From an uncultured Chloroflexia bacterium (GTDB lineage Bacteria; Chloroflexota; Limnocylindria; Limnocylindrales; CSP1-4), in assembly GCA_963813535.1 (NCBI GenBank), contig CAWEZH010000002.1:672001-736000 (forward strand): a stretch of 64,000 nt of DNA, written 5' to 3'. Positions 18,878 through 29,583 of the stretch are shown one piece after another (the first letter of the stretch is position 1; every line of letters begins with the position of its first letter). A program made the position numbers and the translations under genes. Under the pieces are notes generated by a model that was given only the letters and a program-made list of their open reading frames with translations, made no database searches and had not been told where the DNA came from.

Positions 18878-20053
18878 TCACGCGGACTGCTCGGCGACTT
18901 CACTGCCACTCGACCGACCCGCGCGTGAGCGTAGATCGGACATCTCGGCGGGGAAGGTGCCGGCCCGGATCGAGGCTCGGATCCTGAGCATGAAGTCTAG
19001 GGTGAAGGTCAGGTTGTGACAAGTCGCGAGGCGGTAGGCGAGCAACTCCTTGGCACGGAACAGGTGCGCCAGGTAGGCCCGCGAGAATTGGCGGCACAGC
19101 AGGCACGGACAGTCCTCCTGGACTGGCGCTGGATCGTCGAGGAACGCCCGGTTGCGCAGGTTCAGTCGACCGCCTGGCACCCACAGTTGCCCGTTCCGTG
19201 CCACCCGCGCCGGCAGCACGCTGTCGAACAGGTCGATCCCCCGATGGACCGCCTCGAGCAGATCGGCCGGCGAGCCGAGACCCATCAGATACCGGGGTCG
19301 CGGATCCTCGCCGAGGGCCGGGACGGCGACGTCGAGCGTCGCATCGCGCTGCTCGGGCGTCTCGTCACCCGCCAGACCGCCGATGCAGATGCCATCGAAC
19401 GGCAGACCGGCGATGAACCGCGCCGATGCCTCGCGCAGGTCGGGGTCGAGGCCTCCCTGGACGATCCCGAACATCGCCTGATCGGCACGCGTGTGGGCGG
19501 CCAGCGAGCGCTCCGCCCAGCGATGCGTCCGGGCGGTCGCATCGGCGACCACCTCCAGCGGCGAGGTCGGGTAGACCGGCTGGTCGAAGGCGACCGCGAC
19601 GTCGGAACCGAGCGCCTCCTGAACGGCCGTCGCATGCTCGGGCGTGAACTGGTGGATCGAGCCGTCGAGATGCGAGCGGAACGTCACGCCGTCGTCGTCG
19701 ACGACGCGGAGGTCGCCGAGCGAGACGACCTGGAACCCGCCAGAGTCGGTCAGGATCGGGCGATCCCAGTCCATGAACGTATGCAGCCCGCCGAGCCGGG
19801 CGATCCGATCGTGGCCCGGCCGGAGATACAGGTGGTACGTGTTGGCCAGGATGATCGACGCCCCGGTGTCCTTGAGGTCGTCCGGTGTCAGCGCCTTCAC
19901 CGTCGCGTTCGTGCCGACCGGCATGAACTGGGGCGTCTCGACCGCGCCGTGGGGCAGCGTCAGCACCCCGGTCCGTGCCCGCGTCGACCCGTCGCTCGGG
20001 GGTGGTGTCGAGACCTCGAACCGCGTCGACGACGAGACGAAGGGTCCGGTCAC
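18878..20053 (-). CDS. tgt: tRNA-guanine transglycosylase
   Basis: [49 protein letters not shown]...H zinc site. Confidence 0.96.
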   Translation of the reverse strand: MTGPFVSSSTRFEVSTPPPSDGSTRARTGVLTLPHGAVETPQFMPVGTNATVKALTPDDLKDTGASIILANTYHLYLRPGHDRIARLGGLHTFMDWDRPILTDSGGFQVVSLGDLRVVDDDGVTFRSHLDGSIHQFTPEHATAVQEALGSDVAVAFDQPVYPTSPLEVVADATARTHRWAERSLAAHTRADQAMFGIVQGGLDPDLREASARFIAGLPFDGICIGGLAGDETPEQRDATLDVAVPALGEDPRPRYLMGLGSPADLLEAVHRGIDLFDSVLPARVARNGQLWVPGGRLNLRNRAFLDDPAPVQEDCPCLLCRQFSRAYLAHLFRAKELLAYRLATCHNLTFTLDFMLRIRASIRAGTFPAEMSDLRSRAGRSSGSEVAEQSA

Positions 20054-21156
20054 GCCTCGTCCGTTCCGTCGGGTTCGTCCGCGCCACGCGTGTCGTCCCA
20101 GAGGCTCGGCATCCCGGGGTCGACGCGACGCGGCGGCGGGATCTCGTAGCCCAGGGCCGACAGGTGCCCCCGACCGAGGTCGGTCGCGATGCGCCCTTGC
20201 GGGGTCCGGTCGATGAAGCCGAGCCGGAGCAGGAACGGCTCGTGCACGTCCTCGATGGTGTCGACCTCCTCGGACAGCACCGCGGCGAGCGCAGCGACGC
20301 CGACCGGCCCGGAGGCGAACTTCTGGACGATCGCGGCGAGCAGCTTGCGGTCCGCCGAATCGAGACCCTCGTCGTCGATCTCCATGCGCCGCATCGCCTC
20401 GCGCGCGGTCACCTCGTGGACGATCCCGTCGCCGTGCACCTGGGCGTGGTCGCGGACACGCTTCAGCAGGCGATTGACGATGCGCGGCGTACCTCGGCCG
20501 CGACGGGCGATCGCTCGGGTCGCCTCTGCATCGATGGGCACGTCGAGGATCTCGGCCGAGCGCTCGACGATCTCGGTCAGCTCGTCCTCGGTGTAGAAAT
20601 CGAGCCGGTACGTCGCCCCGAAACGGTCACGCAACGGGGAGCTGATGCGACCCGCGCGGGTCGTGGCCCCGACGACGGTGAACGGTTTCAGGCTGAGCCG
20701 CAGGCTCCGCGCGCTCGGTCCCTTGCCGATCATCACGTCGAGCGCGAAGTCCTCCATCGCCGGATACAGGATCTCCTCGACTGCCCGATTGAGTCGATGC
20801 ACCTCATCGATGAAGAGGACGTCGCGCTCATCGAGCGATGTGAGGATCGCGGCGAGGTCGCCGGCCCGCTCGATCGCCGGACCCGATGTGTAGCGCACGT
20901 TCACACCGAGCTCGCGCGCGACGATCGTGGCCAGCGTGGTCTTGCCGAGACCGGGCGGTCCATACAGCAGGATGTGGTCGGCGGCCTCTCCCCTGGCCTT
21001 CGCGGCCTGGAGCAGCACCGACAGGTTCGACTTGACCTCGGCCTGTCCGATGTACTCGCTCAGCGTCTTGGGTCGGAGGGACCCCTCGACGACGGGATCT
21101 GCCTCTTCGTCGAGCTCGGCGGACAGGATGCTCATGCCGGTGGCGTCGTCGACCAT
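20050..21156 (-). CDS. ruvB: Holliday junction helicase RuvB
   Basis: [39 protein letters not shown]. Confidence 0.98.
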   Translation of the reverse strand: MVDDATGMSILSAELDEEADPVVEGSLRPKTLSEYIGQAEVKSNLSVLLQAAKARGEAADHILLYGPPGLGKTTLATIVARELGVNVRYTSGPAIERAGDLAAILTSLDERDVLFIDEVHRLNRAVEEILYPAMEDFALDVMIGKGPSARSLRLSLKPFTVVGATTRAGRISSPLRDRFGATYRLDFYTEDELTEIVERSAEILDVPIDAEATRAIARRGRGTPRIVNRLLKRVRDHAQVHGDGIVHEVTAREAMRRMEIDDEGLDSADRKLLAAIVQKFASGPVGVAALAAVLSEEVDTIEDVHEPFLLRLGFIDRTPQGRIATDLGRGHLSALGYEIPPPRRVDPGMPSLWDDTRGADEPDGTDEA

Positions 21157-21164
21157 CGCGCGCG

Positions 21165-21203
21165 ATGGTAGCACAAGCGCCGCCTATTTCGCACGCATGT
21201 TCT
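21165..21203 (-). promoter_or_regulatory. ruvB promoter with putative LexA (SOS) box
   Basis: AGAAC-ATGC-GTGCG (one mismatch to GAAC-N4-GTTC) over the -35 region; TG-c-TACCAT 8 nt before the ATG. Confidence 0.55.
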
Positions 21204-21230
21204 AGGCCCGCGGGCCGCTTGCAGCGCGGC

Positions 21231-21716
21231 TCAGTACAGCCCCATCTCCCTCCGCAGGGTGATGAGCGCGTCCTCCTCCTTCTCACTCACGCGGACAGAC
21301 CCGAAGCCGAGGAACCCGCCCTCCCGGGAGGCCTCGGCCGTCGCCTGGGCGATGCCGAGGACCCAGCCCTTGAAGGCCTTGCTCTCGTCCGGCGCGGCCT
21401 TGCGATCGAGGGCCTCGAGATCCAACCCGAGCTGGTTGAGCAGCTGCGCCGCCTGCTTCTCGCTGTTCTGGGTCTGCGGCATCGGCAGCTCGTCCTTCGA
21501 GCCTTCGGTGGCCTTGATGGCGGCGACGACCGCAGTGACGAGTTCTGCCGCCGCATCGGGAACGGGGTGCCCCGTGATGGCTTCGTAGAGGCCCTTCATC
21601 TCGCCGAAGATGCCCAAGGTGCTCATGTCCGAAACGGCGATGTACCCGCCGGCCAGGATCGGCGCCCGCACGATGCCCACCCATTCCTCGTCGGTGTAGT
21701 CCGCCTTGGTCGTCAT
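21231..21716 (-). CDS. Conserved hypothetical protein (possibly TerB-like fold)
   Basis: MTTKADYTDEEW... and C-terminal EGGFLGFGSVRVSEKE; RBS ggag. Confidence 0.75.
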   Translation of the reverse strand: MTTKADYTDEEWVGIVRAPILAGGYIAVSDMSTLGIFGEMKGLYEAITGHPVPDAAAELVTAVVAAIKATEGSKDELPMPQTQNSEKQAAQLLNQLGLDLEALDRKAAPDESKAFKGWVLGIAQATAEASREGGFLGFGSVRVSEKEEDALITLRREMGLY

Positions 21717-21833
21717 GGCTCCCTCGCTGCTGGTCGTGGCCGGCCGAGATCGGATGGTGCGCATAGCGCCGGCGGTCGTCCACCGCGCTGACCGGCGTCT
21801 TTCGCGCACGATGGCCGTCTACCATGGCGCGTC

Positions 21834-22709
21834 ATGCGGCCCGACCCGGACGTGACGACCGGCACCCTCCTGCGGCTCACGGCGTTCACGACCGAACCGT
21901 CCGGGGGCAATCCCGCCGGCGTCTGGATCGGGGACGCGCTGCCGTCGGACGACGAGATGCGGCGCACGGCGGTCGATGTCGGCTTCTCCGAGACGGCGTT
22001 CCTCGCGCCGGACGGCTCCGGCGCCCCTGGCCACCTGCGGGTTCGCTACTTCAGCCCGGCCAAGGAGATCGACTTCTGCGGGCACGCCACGATCGCGGCC
22101 GGTGTCGCCCTGGCCGAACGAGGCTGGCCGGGATCGCTCGTGCTGCAAACGAACGACGGGGTCATCGACCTCGATGTCGTCCGCGATGCCGCCGGCCGCT
22201 TCGAGGCGACGCTCACATCAGTCGAACCCTGGGTCCGCGAGCTCCCCGAGGGGCTTCTCCAGCGCCTGCTCGACCTCCTCGGCTGGCAGGGGGAAGCGCT
22301 CGACCCCGCCCTGCCCCCAGCCCTCGCATTCGCCGGCGTCCGCCACCCGATCATCGCCGTGCGGGACCTGGCGACGCTCGCGCGCCTGACGTACGACTTC
22401 GAGGCGATGCGCGCGCTCATGCTCGAGCACGACCTCACGACGTTGCAGTTGCTGTGGCGCGAGGGTCCGCTCCGATTCCGCGCCAGGGACCCATTCGCGG
22501 CTGGTGGCGTGGTCGAAGACCCGGCCACCGGCGCAGCCGCCGCCGCCCTTGGCGCGTACCTGCGGGAACGCGGCGAGATCACCGCCCCGTCCACGTTCGA
22601 GGTGATCCAGGGCGTCGAGATGGGTCGACCGAGCCTGCTCACCGTGTCGATCGTCGAGGGCGACCGGCGCGTGCGCGTAGCGGGGAACGCCGTCCCGATC
22701 CCGGACTAG
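21834..22709 (+). CDS. PhzF family isomerase
   Basis: AFT..GGNPAGV, GFSETAF, EIDFCGHATIA, EDPATGAA, QGVEMGRPS. Confidence 0.93.
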   Translation: MRPDPDVTTGTLLRLTAFTTEPSGGNPAGVWIGDALPSDDEMRRTAVDVGFSETAFLAPDGSGAPGHLRVRYFSPAKEIDFCGHATIAAGVALAERGWPGSLVLQTNDGVIDLDVVRDAAGRFEATLTSVEPWVRELPEGLLQRLLDLLGWQGEALDPALPPALAFAGVRHPIIAVRDLATLARLTYDFEAMRALMLEHDLTTLQLLWREGPLRFRARDPFAAGGVVEDPATGAAAAALGAYLRERGEITAPSTFEVIQGVEMGRPSLLTVSIVEGDRRVRVAGNAVPIPD

Positions 22710-23305
22710 TCGCGCAGCAGGGTCCGCAGCGCGGCCTTGACCCGCTCCTCGAGCGTCCCGCCGATCTCCGAATCGGCCAGGGCCGTCCGCGACGCCTCGC
22801 GCGCCTCGGCAAGCGAGTAGCCGAGCGCCTGGAGCGCCGCGACCACCTCGGTCTCGGCCGCGCCACGTGTCCCGACCGCACCGGGCTCCACCGCCGCGAC
22901 GCCGGCCGCCGCGACCTTCTCCTTCAACTCGAAGATCACCCGCTCGGCGAGCTTCTTGCCGATGCCGGGGATCGATACCAGGACCGCCTGATCGCCGGTC
23001 ATGATCGCGAGCTGCAGGTCGGCCGTCGGCCTCGAACCGACGATGGCCAGGGCGACCTTCGGCCCGACGCCGGTCACGGTCAGCAGCAGGTTGAAGAACC
23101 CGAGCTCCTCGGCGTTGCGGAAGCCGTACAGCGCCTGCTGGTCCTCCCGGACGAGGTGGTACGTGTGCAGCTTCAGTCGCCCGCCGGCTGCCGCGGACGC
23201 CACGACGGACGGCGCCGCGAAGACGCGGTAGCCGATCCCCCCGACCTCGATGACCACGGAATCCGCGGTGATCGCCCCGACCACCCCGTCGACCGACGCG
23301 ATCAC
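22706..23305 (-). CDS. ruvA: Holliday junction DNA-binding protein RuvA
   Basis: VREDQQALYGF, VTGVGPK, IPGIGKKLAER, ALQALGY. Confidence 0.97.
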   Translation of the reverse strand: MIASVDGVVGAITADSVVIEVGGIGYRVFAAPSVVASAAAGGRLKLHTYHLVREDQQALYGFRNAEELGFFNLLLTVTGVGPKVALAIVGSRPTADLQLAIMTGDQAVLVSIPGIGKKLAERVIFELKEKVAAAGVAAVEPGAVGTRGAAETEVVAALQALGYSLAEAREASRTALADSEIGGTLEERVKAALRTLLRD

Positions 23306-23314
23306 CCGACGCGC

Positions 23315-23941
23315 CTAGGACGCCGAGCGCTTGGCGGCGCGCGCCTCGGTCTTCTCGAGGGCGAGCGCCTCGCGAACGGCACGGTCGAACCCGGACTCGC
23401 CTCGGGCGATGGGCGCGACGGCCGCGCGATCCATGACCGCGGACGAGGGCCCGAACTCCTGCGCAGATCCCTCGCGGGCGCTGTTCGCCGCCCAGACGGC
23501 GATCGCGAGCGCATCCGCGGCGTCGTCCGGATGCGGGCGTTCGGCCATGCCGAGGACGACCTGCACCATCCGCTGGACCTGCTCCTTGTCAGCCGCGCCG
23601 TAGCCCGCGACGGCCGACTTGACCTCGTTCGGGGTCGCTTCGACGACCGGCACCCGATGCTGCGCGGCGGCCAACAGCACGACACCTCGCGCCTGGCCGA
23701 CGCCGAAGGCCGTCTGCGCGTTCTTCGAGAAGAACAGCCGCTCGACCGCCATGAGCGCAGGGCCGTGGACGGCGACGAGTTCGTCGACGAGCGTGTGGAT
23801 GGCCAGCAGCCGATCGGGCAGCGCGGTGTCGGGCGATGTCACGAGGCACCCGTGATCGACCTCGCGGAGCCGACCCCGGCTCGATTCGACGATCCCGTAT
23901 CCCAAAGCCGCTGTCCCCGGGTCGATCCCCAGGATGATCAC
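23315..23941 (-). CDS. ruvC: Holliday junction resolvase RuvC
   Basis: [39 protein letters not shown]; GTG overlaps the yebC stop. Confidence 0.95.
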   Translation of the reverse strand: MIILGIDPGTAALGYGIVESSRGRLREVDHGCLVTSPDTALPDRLLAIHTLVDELVAVHGPALMAVERLFFSKNAQTAFGVGQARGVVLLAAAQHRVPVVEATPNEVKSAVAGYGAADKEQVQRMVQVVLGMAERPHPDDAADALAIAVWAANSAREGSAQEFGPSSAVMDRAAVAPIARGESGFDRAVREALALEKTEARAAKRSAS

Positions 23942-24691
23942 CCGGCGACCTCGGCGAACAGCTCCTCGGGGATATCGAAGTTGGCGGTCACGCGCGAGAC
24001 GTCGTCGAGATCCTCGAGCTGCTCGACCAGGCGCAGCGCCTGGCGCGCTTTCGGTTCGTCCAGCTCGACGGTCTGCTTGGCGATCATCGTCGACTCGGCC
24101 GACTCGACCGGGACGCCCGCTCCCTCGAGCGACGAGCGGACACGCTCGAGGTCGCCCGGTGTCGTGTAGATCTCGATGGCCGACTCGTCGTCCGTGTCGA
24201 CGTCCTCGGCACCGGCGTCGATCGCGGCCAGCGTGACCTCGTCCGCATCGATGCCGTTCCGGGCGACCGTGATCAGCCCGCGCGGCTCGAACTGCCAGGC
24301 GACCGCGCCAGAGCCCGCGAGCTGTCCGCCCGCTTTCGTGAACATCGATCGGACCTCGGCGGCTGTCCGGTTCCGGTTGTCGGTCTGCGCCTCGACCAGC
24401 AGGGCCACACCGCCCGGGACCGTAGCCCTCGTACACGATCTCCTCGAACTGGTCAGCCTCGCCGCCGCCGGTCGCCTTCTCGATCGTGCGCTTGATGTTG
24501 TCGGCCGGCATGTTGACGGAGCGGGCCTTCTCGATGGCCAGCCTGAGCCGGTAGTTGGCATCCGGATCGCCGCCACCGAGACGTGCAGCCACGGCGATCT
24601 CGCGTGCGACCTTGGTGAAGAGTGCCCCGCGCTTGGCGTCGTTCGCGCCCTTCTGGCGCTTGATCGTCGACCACTTGGAATGACCTGACAT
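23938..24691 (-). CDS. yebC: YebC/PmpR family protein, split by a +1 frameshift near 24415 (probable sequencing error)
   Basis: [11 protein letters not shown]...YEGYGP in one frame; [17 protein letters not shown]...LEDLDDV in the next frame. Confidence 0.9.
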
Positions 24692-24785
24692 CGCGGGCGG
24701 GAGTATAGCCGACTATGATGGCCGGACCCCCCGCTCCGAGGCCTCGTCAGGCACCCATCGACACCGCAGGAGGATCGTCGACCCG

Positions 24786-26873
24786 ATGACGATGAAGAGC
24801 GTCGATCTGCCCCACCTCCGGAGCGTCGTCCTGGCTGGTCACGCCGGTAGCGGCAAGACGACGCTCGCCGAGCAACTGCTCTTCAGGGCCAGCGCGATCC
24901 CCCGGTTGGGCAAGGTCGACGATGGCACGGCCCACCTGGATTTCGAGCCCGAGGAGCAGAAGCGTCGCGAGTCGCTGAGCCTCGCCGTCGGGACGTTCGA
25001 GTACGACGGCACGCGCATCTCGCTCGTCGACACGCCGGGCTACCCGGACTTCGTCGCAGACATGATCGAGGGCTTCGCCGCGGTCGATGGCGCACTGTTC
25101 GTCGTCGACGCATCGGCCCCCATCGAGGCCGGCCTCGAACAGGCGGTGGCGCTCGGACGATCGAGCGGCCGGGCCGCGTGCTTCTTCATCAACAAGTCGG
25201 ATCGCGAGAACGCCGACCCGACCGCAGCGCTCGACGCCCTCCGCGCGACGTTCGGCGACAAGATCGCCCCGCTGCAGCTCGCCATCGGCGCCGCCGAGTC
25301 GTTCGGCGGCTACGTCGACCTGGTCCACCGCAAGGCGTACGAGTGGGACGGCTCCAAGGAGGTCGAGATCCCGATCCCCGACGAGCTGGCAGGGGAGGTC
25401 GACAAGCGCCGCGACCAGCTGCTGGCGGCCGCCGCCGAGGCCGACGACGACGTCCTGGTCAAGTACCTGGAGGGCGAGGAGGTCTCCGACCCCGAGTTGG
25501 AAGCCTGCCTGCGGAAGGGCGTCAAGGAGAGCGTCCTCGCGCCCGTCCTGGTCGGCTCGGCAGCCAGGGGCATCGGCCTCCAGGCCCTGCTCGACGCGTT
25601 CACCCGCTACCTCCCCTCCCCGGCCGACGAGGCCCCGGTCAAGGCGACCGACAAGGCCGGCGCGACCAGCGACGTGCCGGCCGACGAGAGCGGGCCGCTG
25701 CTCGTGCGCGTCTTCAAGACGACTGCCGACCCGTTCGTCGGGCGGCTGACATACCTGCGCGTCCTGTCCGGCACGCTCAAGTCACAGGCCCACGTGTGGA
25801 ACACCACCCGTGACGAGGACGAGCGGATCGGCCAACTGCTGCTCCTCCATGGCAAGGAACAGGAACCCATCGGCGAGCTGAAGGCCGGTGAGATCGGGGC
25901 GGTCGCCAAGCTGGCCGTGACCGAGACCGGTGACACGCTCGGCGCGAAGGAGAAGGGTCTCCGCTTGTCGCCGCTCGAGTTCCCGGCGCCGTCGCTGGTG
26001 GTCGCCATCGAGCCGGTCTCGAAGCAGGACCTCGACAAGATGGGTCCCGCGCTGGCCCGCCTGCTGGAGGAGGATCCGACCGTCCGCCTGGAGCGGACCG
26101 CGACCGGCGAGCAGGTGCTCCGGACGATGGGTGAGGCCCACACCGCCGTCACCCTCGAGCGGCTCAAGCGGAAGTTCGGGGCGGCCATCCAGACGCACAT
26201 CCCGAAGGTCCCGTACAAGGAGACGATCCGCGGCACGACCAAGGTCCACGGTCGGTACAAGAAGCAGACCGGCGGCCACGGCATGTTCGGTGACGTCTGG
26301 ATCGAGCTCGAGCCGAACCCCGAGGGTGGTGTCGAATTCGCCGAAAAGATCGTCGGTGGCTCCGTGCCGAAGGGGTTCTTCCCTGGCGTCGAGAAGGGCA
26401 TCCGCGAGGCGGCCGCCGAGGGTGTCCTCGCCGGCTATCCGCTGTCCGACTTCAAGGCCACGCTCTACGACGGCTCATTCCACACGGTCGATTCGAACGA
26501 GCTGTCGTTCAAGATCGCGGCGTCGATGGCACTCAAGGAAGGCGTCCACCAGGCGAAGCCGGCCCTCCTCGAGCCGATCATGCTCGTCGAGATCCGCATC
26601 CCCGAGGCGTACATGGGTGAGGTCAACCGCGATCTCAACGGTCGCCGCGGCCGGGTGCTCGGGATGGATTCGGACGGCGGCGTCCAGATCATCACGGCCC
26701 ACGTCCCGCAGGCGGAGCTGTTCTCGTACGCCACGGAGCTGCGCTCGCTCGCCCAGGGCCGTGGGTCGTTCACCGCGTCGCTCGACCACTACGAGGACGT
26801 TCCGTCGCACCTCGCCGAGAAGGTGATCGCCGAACACCGCCAGACCGTGGAGGCCGGGCACGGCGGGCATTGA
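24786..26873 (+). CDS. fusA: Elongation factor G paralog (EF-G2 type)
   Basis: GHAGSGKTT, DTPGYPDF, NKSD, KKQTGGHG, DGSFHTVDS; lacks the RGITI switch I motif; outside the str operon. Confidence 0.9.
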   Translation: MTMKSVDLPHLRSVVLAGHAGSGKTTLAEQLLFRASAIPRLGKVDDGTAHLDFEPEEQKRRESLSLAVGTFEYDGTRISLVDTPGYPDFVADMIEGFAAVDGALFVVDASAPIEAGLEQAVALGRSSGRAACFFINKSDRENADPTAALDALRATFGDKIAPLQLAIGAAESFGGYVDLVHRKAYEWDGSKEVEIPIPDELAGEVDKRRDQLLAAAAEADDDVLVKYLEGEEVSDPELEACLRKGVKESVLAPVLVGSAARGIGLQALLDAFTRYLPSPADEAPVKATDKAGATSDVPADESGPLLVRVFKTTADPFVGRLTYLRVLSGTLKSQAHVWNTTRDEDERIGQLLLLHGKEQEPIGELKAGEIGAVAKLAVTETGDTLGAKEKGLRLSPLEFPAPSLVVAIEPVSKQDLDKMGPALARLLEEDPTVRLERTATGEQVLRTMGEAHTAVTLERLKRKFGAAIQTHIPKVPYKETIRGTTKVHGRYKKQTGGHGMFGDVWIELEPNPEGGVEFAEKIVGGSVPKGFFPGVEKGIREAAAEGVLAGYPLSDFKATLYDGSFHTVDSNELSFKIAASMALKEGVHQAKPALLEPIMLVEIRIPEAYMGEVNRDLNGRRGRVLGMDSDGGVQIITAHVPQAELFSYATELRSLAQGRGSFTASLDHYEDVPSHLAEKVIAEHRQTVEAGHGGH

Positions 26874-26897
26874 CCCGCCGACCCAGCGACGCCGGCC

Positions 26898-29510
26898 GTG
26901 GGGGGTGAGCCGCCGCCGGACGATCTGACCGCGGAACAGCCGCCGGCCGTGCCGGAGCCGCCGGGCGTGCCGGAGCCGGTCAGTGCCGACCCCTCGCCTC
27001 TGCCGGAGCCCGCTCCAGCGCTCCCTCCGCCGCCCCCGCTGTTCGGCCAGCCCGTGCCGGCGGCCATCGCGCCGCCGCCGCAACCAGGCATCCCCGCCAC
27101 CGTCGGCGGCACCCGCCTGCGGTGGATCGCCTTCGCGGCCGGCGTCCTCGGCCTGATCCTCGGCGCGACCGCGGTCCGGTGCGCCGCCTTGCTCAGCGGC
27201 CGGATCGACCCCGACCTCGTCTCGACCCCCGAGCTCGAGGCGTTCGGCACGGTCGCGATCATCACGCGCTTGGCATTGCTCGTCGTCGTCATCGCTGGGG
27301 CGGTCGCCGGCCGGCGCTGGGCGGACCGGATGCGGCGATCGCTCGCGCTTCTTGGTGACGACCGGCCGCTCTCGGCACCCGCGCGTCGGACGACCCAGGT
27401 CGCGATCGCTCTCGGGCTCATCGGCCTGGTGCTGGTCGTCGTCGGGACGCTGATCCCGGTGCTCGGGTCCGGTCGGGATCCCGCGCGTATCGGATGGGTC
27501 GTCATCGCCCTCGGAGCCCTGCTCCTGCCGATCGCGGCCGGCCTGTCCATCTGGCTGATCGGCGACATCGAGCGGCGCGAGGCCGTACAGATCCATGCCC
27601 GTTGCCCCTGGTTGCCCGCACCGGGCGACCGCGATCGCCGATGGCCCATCGCCGCGATCGCTGCCCTCGCCGTCGTCGCGATCGTCCCGCCATCGCTCGA
27701 CGTTCCGTACTTGACCAGCGACCGCGTATGCCGCGCGACGGAGCTCGAATGCCGCTGGGTCCTCGTCCAGGCAGACCAGGTCGCGAACGATCCGCGGGGC
27801 CCGACGCGGCTGCTCCACTACGGCCTCCACCGAGCCACGGGCACGCCACAGGGAACGCTCGTCATCGCGACCGGGGGACCGGGGATCAGCGGCATCGCCT
27901 ATGCGGACGCGACCGTCCGCGCGCTCGATCCTCGACTCGTGGAGAGCCTCGACATCGTCCTGTTCGACACGCGCGGCGTCGGCAATTCCGACTACGTCGA
28001 CTGTCCGGTCGCCAGCGAGCGCTACCAGTCGACGCTGTGGTTCGACGCCGTCGCCGCGGTGATCGACGACTTCGTCACGGCCTGCATCGGCGAAACGGGG
28101 GTCGATCCGGGGCGGCTGGCGGAGTTCGGCAGCATCCAGCTCGCCGAGGACATCGAGACGATCCGACGCGATCTCGGCATCGAGCGCATCGCGCTGTACG
28201 CCGAGAGTTACGGCACGGTCGCCGCCCAGCGCTACGTGGTCGCCCACCCGGAGCACGTCTCAGCGCTGATCCTCGACGGCGCCATCGACATCGCCCAGCC
28301 GACCGACGCCACGTGGATCGAGGCGACGCGCGGGTTCGATGACGTGCTCCAGCGAACCCTCAGGGCCTGCGCCTCGACCACGGGGTGTCGCTTCCACGAC
28401 GCATCGGTCTGGAACAACGTCCTCGGCTCGCTCGAAGGCGGGACCGTGTCGGCCTCGTATGCCGACGTGGATGGTGCGGTCACGGACTGGCCGCTGACCG
28501 CCGAGGCGGCGCGCGACACGTTGATCGATGCGATGTACGACCGGGTCGGTCGGATGCTGACGTTGCGTGCTTTGACGGCCGCGGAAGCCGGCGACTGGGT
28601 ACCGCTCGCCCGGATGATCTATAGCGGCTCAGGGCCGTACTCCACGTCGAGCATCGCGTCGGACTTCACCTACTACGCGACGTCATGCGCGGATCGCTTC
28701 GTCGACGGCCCCGACACGGACGCCGGGCAGTACCTGGACTGGCTCGCGCGCTCGCCATTCGCGACATCCCCCGCCGGCAGCGTGTACCTGTCGAGCGCTG
28801 CGTGCCACGCGTGGCCGCTGCCACCGGGCACGACCCCGCCGGTCGCTGTCCCCGGGACCGCCGACTTCCCGGTGCTCATCCTGGCCGCGACGGGCGACCC
28901 GATCACGCCGGCGGCGCACGGGCAGCGAATCTTCGACCGATATCGCTCGATCGCCGACACGTACCTGATCGAGACCCGCGACGGCCCGCACGTGACGTTC
29001 GCGCGCGGATGGGCCTGCCCCGATGACCTCGTGATCGACCTCCTGATCCACGGGACCCGACCGTCGCAACCGCGCACGTCGTGCCCCGGTGACATCGTCG
29101 CTCCGTACCTCGAATTCCCGGAGACCGCCAGCGGGGATCCGATCGCCGATCGCGCGAGCGCGCTCGACCTCGAGCTCCTGGCGCACCCCGATTACTGGGC
29201 ATGGGACGGCAGCGCGCCGCTGGCCGTCGGCTGCCGCTACGGCGGGCGGATCGAGGTCCAGGCGAAGGCGGATCCCGACGACCGCATCGAGCACATCACC
29301 ATCGATCGCTGCGCGGTCGTGCGCGATGAGCCCATGTCGGGCACGGGCACCTACCGCGGCCTCGACGAAGCGGAGTTCGACGTCGAGTCGCCGCGGATCG
29401 AGTTCACCTACCGGATCGTCGGCGCGAACCGCTACACGATGGACGACGCGGGAATCTCGGCGACCTGGAGCGGTCGGTATCAGGGTCGCGCGTACGAGGG
29501 CAGCCGCTGA
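26898..29510 (+). CDS. Membrane-anchored alpha/beta hydrolase (tripeptidyl-aminopeptidase-like)
   Basis: Pro-rich N-terminus, about 5 TM, GGPG, FDTRGVG, AESYG nucleophile elbow, GDPITP, GPH. Confidence 0.8.
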   Translation: MGGEPPPDDLTAEQPPAVPEPPGVPEPVSADPSPLPEPAPALPPPPPLFGQPVPAAIAPPPQPGIPATVGGTRLRWIAFAAGVLGLILGATAVRCAALLSGRIDPDLVSTPELEAFGTVAIITRLALLVVVIAGAVAGRRWADRMRRSLALLGDDRPLSAPARRTTQVAIALGLIGLVLVVVGTLIPVLGSGRDPARIGWVVIALGALLLPIAAGLSIWLIGDIERREAVQIHARCPWLPAPGDRDRRWPIAAIAALAVVAIVPPSLDVPYLTSDRVCRATELECRWVLVQADQVANDPRGPTRLLHYGLHRATGTPQGTLVIATGGPGISGIAYADATVRALDPRLVESLDIVLFDTRGVGNSDYVDCPVASERYQSTLWFDAVAAVIDDFVTACIGETGVDPGRLAEFGSIQLAEDIETIRRDLGIERIALYAESYGTVAAQRYVVAHPEHVSALILDGAIDIAQPTDATWIEATRGFDDVLQRTLRACASTTGCRFHDASVWNNVLGSLEGGTVSASYADVDGAVTDWPLTAEAARDTLIDAMYDRVGRMLTLRALTAAEAGDWVPLARMIYSGSGPYSTSSIASDFTYYATSCADRFVDGPDTDAGQYLDWLARSPFATSPAGSVYLSSAACHAWPLPPGTTPPVAVPGTADFPVLILAATGDPITPAAHGQRIFDRYRSIADTYLIETRDGPHVTFARGWACPDDLVIDLLIHGTRPSQPRTSCPGDIVAPYLEFPETASGDPIADRASALDLELLAHPDYWAWDGSAPLAVGCRYGGRIEVQAKADPDDRIEHITIDRCAVVRDEPMSGTGTYRGLDEAEFDVESPRIEFTYRIVGANRYTMDDAGISATWSGRYQGRAYEGSR

Positions 29511-29583
29511 TCCGCGACGGTCGTCGACGAACCGCAGCGTGTCACCATAGGTGTCGATCCCGACCGCCCGAGGACGCCGCTCG

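Noticed and set aside
23315-24691. Apparent 458-aa YebC-RuvC fusion ORF
   Set aside because: Produced by the +1 frameshift in yebC; the middle is the off-frame reading of yebC, and ruvC has its own GTG at 23941
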